A DNA stretch of 63,815 nt, filler included, from Octopus bimaculoides (GCF_001194135.2; 5 parts of 3 records of this genome joined end to end with filler, not necessarily neighbours in it); one strand, 5' to 3'. Positions 1-12,530 are shown, counted from the whole stretch's first letter. Notes: generated from the letters alone by a model not told the origin. A program made the numbers and translations.

Positions 1-289
1 TATATATATATATATATTATTTAAAAGAGTTCCAACTCTGTCTGCTTTTTATGTTTTATTTATATCCTTATAAAATTAATGTGGGATATAGAATATAGAA
101 TACATAATATAAATAGTAAAATGATCACTATCTGTATATCAGCTCACCTGGATTTCTCTTATAGCCACTCTTGGCATCGTGGATCTAATCCTGGATGGAG
201 AATATGGAGCTTAAGCTCAATTCATTTGAGCACTACAATGTGTTTTCTATACTGAGCATATCTACATTTCATTAATTGTCTGTATATCA

Positions 290-1175
290 TCATCATCATC
301 ATTCAACATCCACTCTCCATGCTGGCATGGGTTGGATGGTTTGACAGGAACTGGCAATACCATGGGCTGCACCAAGCTCCATTGTCTGCCTGGCATGGTT
401 TCTATGGCTGGATGCCCTTTCTAACCTTACAGAGTGTACAAAGCAACCTTACAGAGTGTACTGGGTGCTTTTTATGTGGTCACAGCACCAGTGCTTTTAA
501 CATGACACCAGCACTAGTGCTTTTTATGAGGCACCAGCACCAATATCAATTCTGCTGTGGTGGGCGGATCTTCTTGAGAACAGAAATGCATCAGATATCT
601 CAGTCTTTGTCATCGCATTTTCAGGGCTCAGTGTCTTGAGATTGGCCTTCAGTACCTTGTCTCAAGTCTTCCTGGATCTGCCTTTTCCACAAGTTCCATC
701 CACTTCAAGTGATCAGTATTTCTGTATGCAACTGTCTACATCTATATGCATCACATGACCAAACTAGTGCAGTCTTTTCTCTTGCACACATTTAATTCCT
801 CTTATGTATAACTTTTCTCTCAATACACTAGCACTCTATCCAACATATACACTGACATTGTATATACACTGGCATACTAAATTCATGCCTCTCTAGTCTT
901 TACATGCCTTCTGCATTTAGGGCCCACTTCACACTACCATTGCTGTTCATATACATGCATCATACAATATTCCTTTCACTATAACAGAGAGACTTTTGGT
1001 TGCCAACAGGTAAAAGCTCTCTGAATTTTCTTTATCCTATTCTTATTCTAGCAATTACATTTTCCATGCATCCTTTCCTACAGCTAATTAGGTAGCAGAA
1101 ATTATGCACTATCCAATCTAAAGGGGATAACTTCGCCTCACCCAAGGTTTTTCCCATAACAAACAATCTTCTAAA
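290..1175 (-). mobile_element. Degenerate RTE LINE 3' fragment with terminal (ATG)n tail
   Basis: Minus-strand translation resembles ...ENVIARIRIG.RKFRELLP... and GTCG.GRSRKT; tail motif matches other RTE copies. Confidence 0.8.
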
Positions 1176-2049
1176 TATACATGCATATGTATATATGTGT
1201 GTGTTTGTGTGTATGTGAGTGCGTATGTGTAAGTATGTATGTATTTATACAAATACATGTGTGTGTATATATATATATATATATATNNNNNNNNNNNNNN
1301 NNNNNNNNNNNNNNNNNNNNNNNNNNNNNNNNNNNNNNNNNNNNNNNNNNNNNNNNNNNNNNNNNNNNNNNNNNNNNNNNNNNNNNNNNNNNNNNNNNNN
1401 NNNNNNNNNNNNNNNNNNNNNNNNNNNNNNNNNNNNNNNNNNNNNNNNNNNNNNNNNNNNNNNNNNNNNNNNNNNNNNNNNNNNNNNNNNNNNNNNNNNN
1501 NNNNNNNNNNNNNNNNNNNNNNNNNNNNNNNNNNNNNNNNNNNNNNNNNNNNNNNNNNNNNNNNNNNNNNNNNNNNNNNNNNNNNNNNNNNNNNNNNNNN
1601 NNNNNNNNNNNNNNNNNNNNNNNNNNNNNNNNNNNNNNNNNNNNNNNNNNNNNNNNNNNNNNNNNNNNNNNNNNNNNNNNNNNNNNNNNNNNNNNNNNNN
1701 NNNNNNNNNNNNNNNNNNNNNNNNNNNNNNNNNNNNNNNNNNNNNNNNNNNNNNNNNNNNNNNNNNNNNNNNNNNNNNNNNNNNNNNNNNNNNNNNNNNN
1801 NNNNNNNNNNNNNNNNNNNNNNNNNNNNNNNNNNNNNNNNNNNNNNNNNNNNNNNNNNNNNNNNNNNNNNNNNNNNNNNNNNNNNNNNNNNNNNNNNNNN
1901 NNNNNNNNNNNNNNNNNNNNNNNNNNNNNNNNNNNNNNNNNNNNNNNNNNNNNNNNNNNNNNNNNNNNNNNNNNNNNNNNNNNNNNNNNNNNNNNNNNNN
2001 NNNNNNNNNNNNNNNNNNNNNNNNNNNNNNNNNNNNNNNNNNNNNNNNN

Positions 2050-2077
<28 letters not shown>

Positions 2078-2080
<3 letters not shown>

Positions 2081-4871
2081 AAACCTGTCAGTCACCTAGT
2101 CACCTACCATTCTGGCAGACACTCTAGCCAAATTGACTACATCCTCGCCAGAAAAAGGGAAAGGTGGCTGCTTATAAATGCCAAAACCTTCCCAGGTGAA
2201 TAATTACATAGACTAAGTAGTTAGTGACTTCAGGATTAGGGCCAAGTGGTTGCCCAGAAGACGACCAGCTTGGAGAAGAAGGGTCTGGAAGCTCAAAGAC
2301 CCTGTGAATGGACAGAGATTTAGACACTTATTACTCGAAGCCTTTGACGAAATAGAGGGGGATGTAGCTTCACACGATATAGAAGACAACTGGACGTTTC
2401 TACGGGACAACCTGCTGAGGACCACTTACCAGATCTGTGGATGGTGCAAAGTCCCCTCTTGACCCAAAATAACGTGGTGGTGGAACAATGTTGTTGACAG
2501 GGCTATTAGACAAAAGAAACAGGCTTGGAAGGACTGGAAGAACAGTGGTAGCAGACTGCCAGAGGGAAGCTAAGCGACAGGTTTATTTAGCCAGAGGGGA
2601 AGCAGATAAGAAAAACTTTGCCAATGTTCTGCGCCGTGAGAGCCAAAGACTTGAAGTATTTCGTGTTGCAAGACAGTGTGTGAGAGAGAATTGTGAGAGA
2701 AATGTGTTCGCATGGATGATGGTACGCTTGCACTAAACGAGGCTGCAAAGAAAGAGGTATGGAGACGCCACTACGAAAGGTTGCTCAATAAAGAGAATGA
2801 ATGGGAGGAAGAGAGTCTGCCGAATGTCAACCCAACAGAGGGACCAGCTATCCGAGTTGACAGTACCAGGGTNNNNNNNNNNNNNNNNNNNNNNNNNNNN
2901 NNNNNNNNNNNNNNNNNNNNNNNNNNNNNNNNNNNNNNNNNNNNNNNNNNNNNNNNNNNNNNNNNNNNNNNNNNNNNNNNNNNNNNNNNNNNNNNNNNNN
3001 NNNNNNNNNNNNNNNNNNNNNNNNNNNNNNNNNNNNNNNNNNNNNNNNNNNNNNNNNNNNNNNNNNNNNNNNNNNNNNNNNNNNNNNNNNNNNNNNNNNN
3101 NNNNNNNNNNNNNNNNNNNNNNNNNNNNNNNNNNNNNNNNNNNNNNNNNNNNNNNNNNNNNNNNNNNNNNNNNNNNNNNNNNNNNNNNNNNNNNNNNNNN
3201 NNNNNNNNNNNNNNNNNNNNNNNNNNNNNNNNNNNNNNNNNNNNNNNNNNNNNNNNNNNNNNNNNNNNNNNNNNNNNNNNNNNNNNNNNNNNNNNNNNNN
3301 NNNNNNNNNNNNNNNNNNNNNNNNNNNNNNNNNNNNNNNNNNNNNNNNNNNNNNNNNNNNNNNNNNNNNNNNNNNNNNNNNNNNNNNNNNNNNNNNNNNN
3401 NNNNNNNNNNNNNNNNNNNNNNNNNNNNNNNNNNNNNNNNNNNNNNNNNNNNNNNNNNNNNNNNNNNNNNNNNNNNNNAATTCAAGACAGGATACCCCTG
3501 GGAGCTCCTCTATGCTGATGACCTTGCACTAATTGCTGAGTCACTATCAGAACTAGAGGAGAAATTTCAGGTGGGAAGCAAGGACTAGAATCGAAGGGCC
3601 TTAGAGTCAACCTAGCTAAAACCAAAGTCCTAATAAGTAGGAAGGTAGAAAAAACAAAACCCCTTCAGGTAGATGGCCCTGCTCGATCTGTAGAAAAGGC
3701 GCCGGTAGAAACTCTATAAGATGCACCCAGTGCAAGCTATGGACACATAAGAGGTGCAGCAATACCAAAGGAAGGTTAACTAGGAAGTTAGTTTTTGTAT
3801 GTAGCAAATGTTCGGGAGCAATAAACATTGTAAATGTGCAGAAAACAACTTCTGCCACATTCCAGGGAGAAAAACTAGACGTAGTTGATAACTTCCGTTA
3901 TCAAGGTGACCAAGTCAGTAGTGGGGGAAGGTGCACTGAAAATGTAGCTGCTAGAATAAGAATAGCCTGGGCAAATTTCAGAGAGCTCTTACCTCTGCTG
4001 GTGACAAAGGGCCTCTTGCTCAGAGTAAAAGGCAGACTGTATGACGCATGTGTACGAACAGCCATGCTTCATGGCAGTGAAACATGGGCCGTGACTGCTG
4101 AGGACATGCGTAGGCTCGCAAGGAATAAAGCTAGTATGCTCCGATGGATGTGTAATGTCAGTGTGCATACTAGATAGAGTGTTAGTACCTTGAGAGTTAA
4201 ACTTACGAAGCATCAGTTGTGGTGTGCAAGAAAGACGATTGCGCTGGTATGGTCATGTAGCAAGAATGGATGAGGATAGCTGTGTGAAAAAGTGCCACAC
4301 CCTAGCAGTTGAGGGAACCTGTGGAAGAGGTAGGCCCAGGAAGACCTGGGATGAGGTGGTGAGGCATGACCTTCGAGCATTTGGCCTCACCAAGGCGATG
4401 GCTTCTGACCGAGACCTTTGAAAATATGCTGTGCGTGAGAAGACCCGGCAAGCCAATTCAGACCTAAATCTCAGCCAACCCACTTATGCGAAACTTCCTT
4501 CATAGGACACTAAACTCCGCTTGCGAAGACCTATTGAGGCAAGTGAAATCGAAATCGAATTAAATTCGACGNNNNNNNNNNNNNNNNNNNNNNNNNNNNN
4601 NNNNNNNNNNNNNNNNNNNNNNNNNNNNNNNNNNNNNNNNNNNNNNNNNNNNNNNNNNNNNNNNNNNNNNNNNNNNNNNNNNNNNNNNNNNNNNNNNNNN
4701 NNNNNNNNNNNNNNNNNNNNNNNNNNNNNNNNNNNNNNNNNNNNNNNNNNNNNNNNNNNNNNNNNNNNNNNNNNNNNNNNNNNNNNNNNNNNNNNNNNNN
4801 NNNNNNNNNNNNNGAACTGGCTCCCGTGCAGGTGGCACATAAAATACACCATTTTGAGACTGGTTGGCGTT
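2078..4871 (+). mobile_element. RTE-clade LINE (APE C-term, linker, RT, PHD-like finger, 3'UTR), frameshifted, spanning two gaps
   Basis: TYHSGRHSSQIDYIL (APE end), YADD at 3511-3522, GSETWA and GRGRPRKTW motifs; multiple stops and frameshifts. Confidence 0.93.
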
Positions 4872-5760
4872 AGGACCAAGTCAGTAGTGGGGGTGGGTGC
4901 GCTGAATGTGTAGCTGCTAGAATAAGAATAGCCTGGGCAAAGTTCAGAGAACTCCTACCTCTGCTGGTGACAAAGGGCTTCTCGCTCAGAGTAAAAGGTA
5001 GACTGTATGACGCATGTGTACGAACTGCCATGCTACATGGCAGTGAAACATGGGCCATGACTGCTGAGGACATGCGTAAGCTTGCAAGGAATGAAGCCAG
5101 TATGCTCCGATGGATGTGTAATGTCAGTGTGCATACTCGACAGACAGAAAAGTTGGACCTAAGAAGCATCAGATATGGGATGCAAGAGAGACGACTGCAC
5201 TGGTATGGTCATATGGTGAGAATGGATGAGGATAGTTGTATGAAAAAGTGCCACACTCTAGCGGTTGAAGGAACCTGTGGAAGAGGTAGACCCAGGAAGA
5301 CCTGGGATGAGATGGTGAAGCATGACCTTCGAACATTAGGCCTCACCAAGGCAATGACTAGTGAAATATGCTGTGCTTGAGAAGACCCGCCCGGCAAGCC
5401 AAGTGAGACCATAACCCGTGGCCTCTGCTAGGGTGTAACCAGCCCACTTATGCATACCTTTCCTTCGTTGGACAATAAACTCTGCTTGCGAAGACCTATT
5501 GAGGCAAGTGAAATTGAAATCGAAATCAAATTTGATGATAGCACCACCTGACTGGCATCCGTTCTAGTGGAGCGCTAAGAGCACCATCCAAGTGTGATCG
5601 TTGCCAGGGTACCTGAGTTGCTCCCGTGCCGGTGGCATGTAAAAAGCACCATTCAAGTGTGATCGTTACCAGCATCGCCTTACTGGCATTTGTGCCGGTG
5701 GCACGTGAATAACAATATTCAAGCAAGGACATTGCCAGTGTCGCTGGACTGGTTCCTGTG
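4872..5760 (+). mobile_element. Second 5'-truncated RTE copy joined to the previous one
   Basis: ORF 4967-5380 (LYDACVRTAMLHGSETWA...), followed by 3'UTR repeat units. Confidence 0.9.
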
Positions 5761-5903
5761 CACATATATATATATATATGTATGGGTGCATATGCGTGTG
5801 TATGCATGTCATCATCACCATCATTACAATCATCATTTAACATACTTATGTTAATGTGTACATGAAGATATAAATATGTATAATAATAAATACACATAGA
5901 TAG

Positions 5904-5937
<34 letters not shown>

Positions 5938-6479
5938 ACATATGAGAGTACAGGCATGGCAGTGTAATTAAGAAGCTCGCATCCCATTGACAGTGTGATC
6001 TCTTGAACAAGGGTCTTCTACCAGAGCTTTGTGGTGTATTTGGTTGATGGAAAGGAACCTGTAATATGTATACATGTATATGAGTGTGTGTACCGTGTAT
6101 TGGAATCGTACAATTGTTGTTAACAAGCATCACAGTCGTAAAAGCGATGTTTTTTATTTCCGCTCTTGTATGAAACTCATGAAATCATGCCCGTCCAAGG
6201 GCAAATAACTTGCTTGGAAACAGGTGAGTGTCGTCGATAGGATGGGCATCCAGCCATAGAAAATCTGTCTCAATAAATTTAGTCCGACTCGTGCAAAGCT
6301 AGAAAAGTGGACATGAAAATGACGGCGACGGCGGGGAAAACGACGACGACGTATTTCATGGATCATGTGAAAGCTGGTTTGAAAACTGGTGTTGTTGTTT
6401 ATACTGTGTAGAGATCCATAAAATAAGAATAGGAGTGAAATTAGTCCTCGGAATCGATATGATCAACTAAAAGCTTTTG

Positions 6480-6790
6480 ATGACGAATTTTCAGCGAGGA
6501 TATAGACCAACAGTAAATCAAAGAGTAAAAGAATATATGTATAATTGGGTCCACGCGGAATCTTTTTCGTTTTCTCCAACCATAAAATCTTAACCTGAAA
6601 ATTTTCAAAAAGCGTACTTTTGATATAGTTGATATCGTAGAAGGTAGACTATAAAAATTATTTGCTGGAGATCCGCGAGGAAGATTTAATCCACAATCCA
6701 ATGAAGATTGATAGTGGTCCAAGCAGAATTGTTGAAGTAGACGAAACTGTATATTCTACGAGAAAATACAACCGGGGTTCAAATGTTAGT
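6480..6790 (+). mobile_element. Merlin (IS1016/ISXO2-like) DDE transposase fragment
   Basis: VDYKNYLLEIREEDLIHNPMKIDSGPSRIVEVDETVYSTRKYNRG (6644-6778) matches the Merlin signature IGGPG.IVE.DE....RKYNRG. Confidence 0.7.
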
Positions 6791-7944
6791 GGGTTTTCGA
6801 CGGTATCGTTGGAAAAAAACAAAAAAAAACATCCAAAGCGTCACTGTGTTAGGTATAAAAGACACACACACACACACACACCACGCACTCACACAAGCGT
6901 GATCGCACGTATACACATACACACCCGTACATACATATACGCACATGTTCACACAGACACATCCTCGCGCGTGCACAATTGAAACAGAGTTGTCTCCCTG
7001 TGTATGCATATTGCATAGTATTGTCGAAATTAAAAAATACTTTAAATTGGGTCCTATGTCTTTTAAGGGCAAGACACATTGCCTTAAAAAATCTGTATGA
7101 TCGTACCTTCGATTATAGATATGTTTGAAAGGATTGACCTGGAGCTAAACAACACTATTTAAAAATATATGTATTGAACGGATGATATGCTGTATTTTTT
7201 AAATAATGAGTGTTTTATCGAATTACAGAAGGAAAAAGTCGATGAAATTTGTTTGAAATATGAACTCGAAGAATGAATTAATTCGTTTACATTGTTTCTT
7301 GACTATATGATTTACATCTTCCTGAAGCTTTTCAACTGACAAACTCTGCTCTCTTTCCTCTTTTGTCTGCGACCTTCAGTATATTCTTTCTCTGCCTGTA
7401 TTCTAGTGTTCTATTACGATTTGTCTAATATTCTAACGCTCAATATTTAAATGTATTTTCTGAAGATTTAAAATCTGTCTGTATGCACACACGCACACAC
7501 ACACACTGTTGCGCTAATATGGGAGAAGGATACCATTTTAACTGGTTCTCTGAGTTAATCAATAGTATGTGTTATTACAACGATATTGGAAGTATATTCA
7601 CTGTATGCTGAACCTGATAGATAGTAATAAAATTAAGGAAAATTCTATAAATAACTTCATACAATATATTTTATGAACATATTTAATCCTATTGCTTAAG
7701 GATTGGGAAGTAAATTCCTGTAATTGTTATATTTCCTTTACTCGTGATAAATAAGTAGTGAGTTTGCTATGGCATGGGTGATAACTTGTCAATATAAGTT
7801 CCAAGAGCACTAGAGCTATGACAGTCTAGTGGTCCTTATCTCACACTGGAGAAGTTCGAGGTAACTGAGGAGGAAATGAGACAACATTAGGCTGGTCATT
7901 GACACTATCAGCAGGCTTAACAGCTGCAGCTGGGTGGAATAAAT

Positions 7945-8132
7945 TAGCCTGAAGAATGAATTAAGTTTCAATTACTTACCTTACTGATGCTGCTTCCAAA
8001 CAATGATTTCTTTCAAGTCTCTAATATGATGGTAAGATTGCTGTATATCAGTTTCTGTTGACTAACTAATATATGAAATGACATGATGAAGAGATTCTTG
8101 TATAACAGAGAATTTGGATTTCTTGGACAACA
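7945..8132 (-). mobile_element. Tigger/pogo transposase C-terminal remnant
   Basis: KKSKFSVIQESLHHVISY...HIRDLKEIIVWKQHQ...KLNSFF; continues the 8870-10152 fragment across the TA site. Confidence 0.6.
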
Positions 8133-8765
8133 CAGGGCTTTGCAAAAGTCCTGTTACACTCGGTTTTGAGTCTTTCAAAAGGTTTTCGTCTGTGATAGAA
8201 AAAGTGCTGTCAAACATACTGAAAGTTTTACTTTTCCAACATGTGTCATTAAAACGTCTTTTCCATTGTGTACAAATCAAGATCTTTGCTCTCTTGTGCA
8301 CAGGCCACAACAAGTCTGACATCACCAAGTGGCTCAATGTTGGTTGGATGACTGTCCACAGAGTCGTGAACAGGAAAGACCTCAAAGATCGACCTTCATT
8401 AGGCAGGCCTCAAGTTGTCAACTGGTTGACTGTGAGAAAGGCCTACAAAAATTATCTGAAGCTCAAAATGACTGTGCTCACAAAGAGCAACATCTTGGTG
8501 GCCATAGTGTCCAGGGCCATCAAAGAGGAAAGCAGCAAGAGCTTGAAGTGTGTGGAAAGGCTTCTGCTCACTGATTATATGCAAAAGCAATTTGGGGAGC
8601 ACTATTGTCACTTTCTCAATGACTTGAAGTGTTATGGCAATCAGATTCTCACGTTTCTTATGATAAAAAACCTTTACATTTGATCTGATCATCAACAAGC
8701 AGAACGCAATCAGTTTCAGCCTGGACATCTCTGAGATCTGCTATGTGTCCTGACCAAGCACCCTG
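8133..8765 (+). mobile_element. maT/DD37D-like mariner, 5' half (TIR, HTH, first D region)
   Basis: TIR cagggctttgcaaaagtcctgttacac; HTH (GHNKSDITKWLNVGWMTVHRV, DRP..GRP); ...KTFT..IINKQN..SFSLDISEICYVS.TKHP. Confidence 0.88.
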
Positions 8766-8869
8766 TACATGGCTTGTGCAGTTCTCATTCTCTCTCTTCT
8801 TCTCCCTCTCTTATTTCCATTGATATTTCTGTGATTAAGTATTTTTAGCTTCATATTTCATAGCTTGGC

Positions 8870-10152
8870 TTCAAGGGATAGAAATGTGATTTCCTTGGTA
8901 CCTAGAAACTGCTTTGGTAGTGAGAGTTTAAGAAAAATGTGTGTTAAAATGACAAACACTTTTGGATATATGCATTTTCTTTGCAAGATAATGTTGATGC
9001 AAATTCTAAATAATCATCTGTTGGCATAAGAACATGTATGAGAACTACAAGAGGTACAAATCTTGAGTAAGCAGTGACAAAGTGGTTTATTGACCAATGA
9101 TGCCGTGGTGTATAAAGTGCTGCTGTCAAGTTAGCTCAGCTTTTAGGCAACAAGAATTTAGAAGCAAAGACAAGTGGTTGACTTTTTAAAAATCACTATA
9201 AAATTTGGTGATAAAATTATGGAGAAATAGACAATGCAGCAACTGAAGGAATCATTCCTTACGGGAAGAGGTCAAATGACTCAATTATGCATGAAATTCT
9301 CATTTTCTAAAACATAATGGTGTGGGGGCAGGAACAGAGTTGCTTTGATCATTACAACCTTCAAAATATCCATGTTTCTATGAATAAAGACTCCACGTCT
9401 GGTTGTAAATGAAATAAGGAATGTTTCATGGCATTGTGTTGCACAAATAGTACGCATCTTTTAAAGTTAGCAGTCAGGAGGTTAGTATATCTGTGTGATT
9501 GAAAGACAATGTACTGACAACCAGAAATTACAGTTCAAAATGCATGTCTTTAACAATTGTTACTTTTTCCTTGCATCTCATTTCTGTAGCACATAACTAC
9601 CAGGAAGATGTCTCCAAACTTTCTAGTGGTGAGGTGAAGATGCTCCTAATTTTAGACAATGCATTTGCTCAGTCAGTAAGTCACCAATTTGTCATTAATG
9701 AGCATGTTCTTACCCCACAATGGCACTTGTATTATCAAGCCAACAAATCAAAGTATGGTCATAGCATACAAGACACAATACCAGCGAAGATAGTTAAACA
9801 AAGTTCTCATGGTGTTAGAAGAGGACAGACAATCTTGGAAAGAAACATGAAGAGTAAGAACAGTCAATAACATTTTGAACTACAATCACAATTTGGCAAT
9901 ATTCAATTTAGCAGCTTTATTCTAGGCAATGAACATTACAGCTCAACCCAATATTTAGAAAAATTTTCTGCATGATATGAAAATAATATACATTTTTGAA
10001 GGATTTGGTACACGGAACTCTTATAAGTATTTCAGAGGGCAGGCAAAACAGTTGTCACAAAGATCAGCATCAGAGCCTGGCTATAATATGAAATGTTATG
10101 AAAAGAAGAAATAGTAAAATTTGTGTTAGAGCTGGCATGGATAAAAACAGAT
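8870..10152 (+). mobile_element. Decayed Tigger/pogo transposase (CENP-B HTH + DDE_1), inside the inverted block
   Basis: ALCCTNSTHLLKLAV; NYQEDVSKLSSGEVKMLLILDNA; MFLPHNGTCIIKPTNQSMVIAYK (FLPPNTTSIIQPMDQG-like); NYN..AIFNLAA. Confidence 0.78.
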
Positions 10153-10154
10153 TA

Positions 10155-10735
10155 CTGGGCTTTGCGAAAGTTCTATTACACTTGTTATGACGCTCTGAAC
10201 AAAGGACACAATGATAGTTTTATTGCTGTTAGACACATTTTTATTGTTTTAACATATAAATATATGTTTAAATATTAATATCAATCAATGTGGCTGCCTT
10301 CAGCAGTGAGCACACACTCCAGGCGAGATCTAAAGGCCACACATACATTGTGGATGAAGTCCTTCCTCATGCTGGCCCACATGCAGTTGATGGAGGACTT
10401 CAGCTCATCAACGTTGCTGTGGTGGACCTTGCAAGTCTTGCCCTCGACATGTGCCCACACCCTGTAGTCAAGGGAGTTGACTGCAGTGGCCAAAAGTCAG
10501 ACCAGAAGTTCATGTCTGACCCTAACCATTCTTACATGGTCTAGGCCATGTGGGCAGGGGTCACTGTCCTACTGAAAGACAGTTTGCCTTCTTCGTGATC
10601 TTTCTCACCCAGGGCAGGACTTTTGTGGCCAAGATGTCCCTTTAGTTGCTGCAATGAGCCTGTAACCAGCCACAAACCACACCAGCAGCATCTTCTTGCC
10701 ATTCGAAGCCATAACGCTGAGCATCATCAAAGAAG
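10155..10735 (-). mobile_element. maT/DD37D-like mariner, 3' half (inverted) with TIR and TA
   Basis: SLMMLSVMASNGKKM...VFQ.D...NSLDYRVWAHVEGK...FRSRLECVLTAEGSHID*; TIR at 10155-10183 preceded by TA. Confidence 0.88.
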
Positions 10736-10750
10736 TCACAACAAACACCA

Positions 10751-11828
10751 CTGTACATGACTTGTACAGCTCTAACAAGCTACTCCTCTACTCCTAGCTT
10801 CCTTTGAGACCACTAGATAAGAGAGTGGGAAACCCTGTTGAAAACTTTCTCCAGGTCGACAAAAGCTAAGTACAATGGTTTACTTTTGCCCAAATACTTT
10901 TCTTGCAACTGTCTCACTAGGAAGATGGTATCTGTGGTACTTCTCTCAGGCAGAAAACTAAACTGCATCTCATCTAGTTTAATTCTATTCCTAATCAACT
11001 GAGCTATAACTTTCTCTGTAATTTTCATGACCTGGTCCAGCAATTTGATACCTCTGTAGTTGTTTCAATCTAAGGCATCACCTTTACCCTTGTAGCAGCT
11101 GACTATAATACTGTTACACCAGTCTTTGGGGATGACGCTCTCCTGAATAACTTGATTAGCTATGCGAGCGACTAGGCTGAATCCCACGCCACCAGATATT
11201 TTAATCATCTCAGCAGTGATACCCAATGGTCCAGGGGCTTTCTCAGCCTTCTTATCATTAATTGCCTCATCTATTATTCTGCTATCAACTGTGATGGCTA
11301 GTTCCTCAATTGATTTGATATTTGAAAGACTCTCCTTCTCCCAATTATTCTCCACATTTAATAACCTTTCATAATGGCATCTTCATGCATCTTTCTTTTC
11401 TGAGTCATTAAGTGCAAGCATTACCATTATTCATTTGCAAACATTTCTCACCCACCACATCTCTATTCTCTCTGATACACTACTTTGCAATCATGCTGTA
11501 GAACATTGGCAAACCTCTCATCTTCTGCTATTCCTTTTGCTATGTAAACGTCTCACCTAGCCTCCCTTCTGGCTCCCTGATAATGCTTCCACCGTTTTCC
11601 CAGTCTTTCCAAGCCTGTCTCTTTGCTTTCATAGCACTGTCCACTTCCTTGTTTCACCACCATGTCACCCTTGGCCTAGCTGGGACTTTGCATGTCTCGC
11701 AGGAACTTGCAGTTGTCCTCTGAGCTATTTTTCCCTTCTTCCTCCTTCTCTCTATCATCAGAAGCTTCCAGTAGAATGTCTTTAAGTTTTTGTTGGTTTG
11801 CTGGGTCTTTGAGCTTCCATAATCTTTT
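10751..11828 (-). mobile_element. RTE LINE internal fragment (linker + RT N-terminal half)
   Basis: KAPGPLGITAEMIK; DEMQFSF..STTDTIFLVRQLQEK..LYLAFVDLEK; RAVQVMY. Confidence 0.9.
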
Positions 11829-11829
11829 C

Positions 11830-11975
11830 TGCATAGTCCACCAAATTCACTCACAAAGCATTGGTCAACCCAAGGCTATAATAGAAGACTTTTACCCAAG
11901 ATATTGTGCAATGGGACTAAACTTGAAACCACATGACTGTAAAACAAACTTCTTAATCACATAGCCATGCCTGGC
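11830..11975 (-). mobile_element. tRNA-derived SINE family B, head fragment
   Basis: Similar to the 5' part of the copies at 23367-23772 and 55931-56411. Confidence 0.7.
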
Positions 11976-12379
11976 TGCTGTTTTTAGGAAGTCAAGTATA
12001 CACAGTGCAGGCTCTTCCAATTGTGCAATTCAATGTTTTGTTATCTACAGAGTTGTCCGATGTTATGTTGTCATTTGTAGTATGTTGTCTTTTGTAGGGC
12101 AGTGTTACTTTATGTTGCCTTGCCTTTTGTCTATGGTGCTGTATAGTGTTGTCTAACATTGTTGCTGTCTTTCATAGTATGATATTGTGTAGTGTTGCTT
12201 TGTTTAATGTTGGTTTGTTGTGTTGTAATTTGAAGCACCTTCTCTCCTAATCAATTTTCACTTATTCTCATCATGCCAAACAAGTCATTCAATTATTTAT
12301 CAATGTAAATATTGAAATACCACTGTTTTGCAACATGAGGTGGTATTTTATCTTCTCACCGACTCAGCATGCTTGTACT

Positions 12380-12530
12380 TAGTAATCAGATAAATGACTG
12401 GCGTAACAGTACAGCTATCAATGATGAGTGGGTGAAACTCTTTCAAGGAATAGGGAACAACTGTGGGGAGCTAATAGCACTAGATTGTGTGACAGAAGAA
12501 TTTAAGATAATATGAAAATCTTCATGGCTA
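12380..12530 (+). mobile_element. Possible Penelope-like RT fragment
   Basis: NQINDWRNSTAINDEWVKLFQGIGNNC resembles the NQW.NT..VI.WF motif of PLE RTs (by eye). Confidence 0.35.

Noticed and set aside
1118-3588. Long ORFs of 250-340 aa in the ORF track (also 42721-43161 and 61926-62909)
   Set aside because: They read through N gaps and dinucleotide repeats.
9590-9675. Plus-strand exon-like segment (strong acceptor, GTAAGT donor; peptide with LSSGE and LLILD, ABC-like)
   Set aside because: The flanking frames continue as Tigger/pogo DDE transposase (LLILDNAP, FLPPNTT-like), so it is a transposon remnant.
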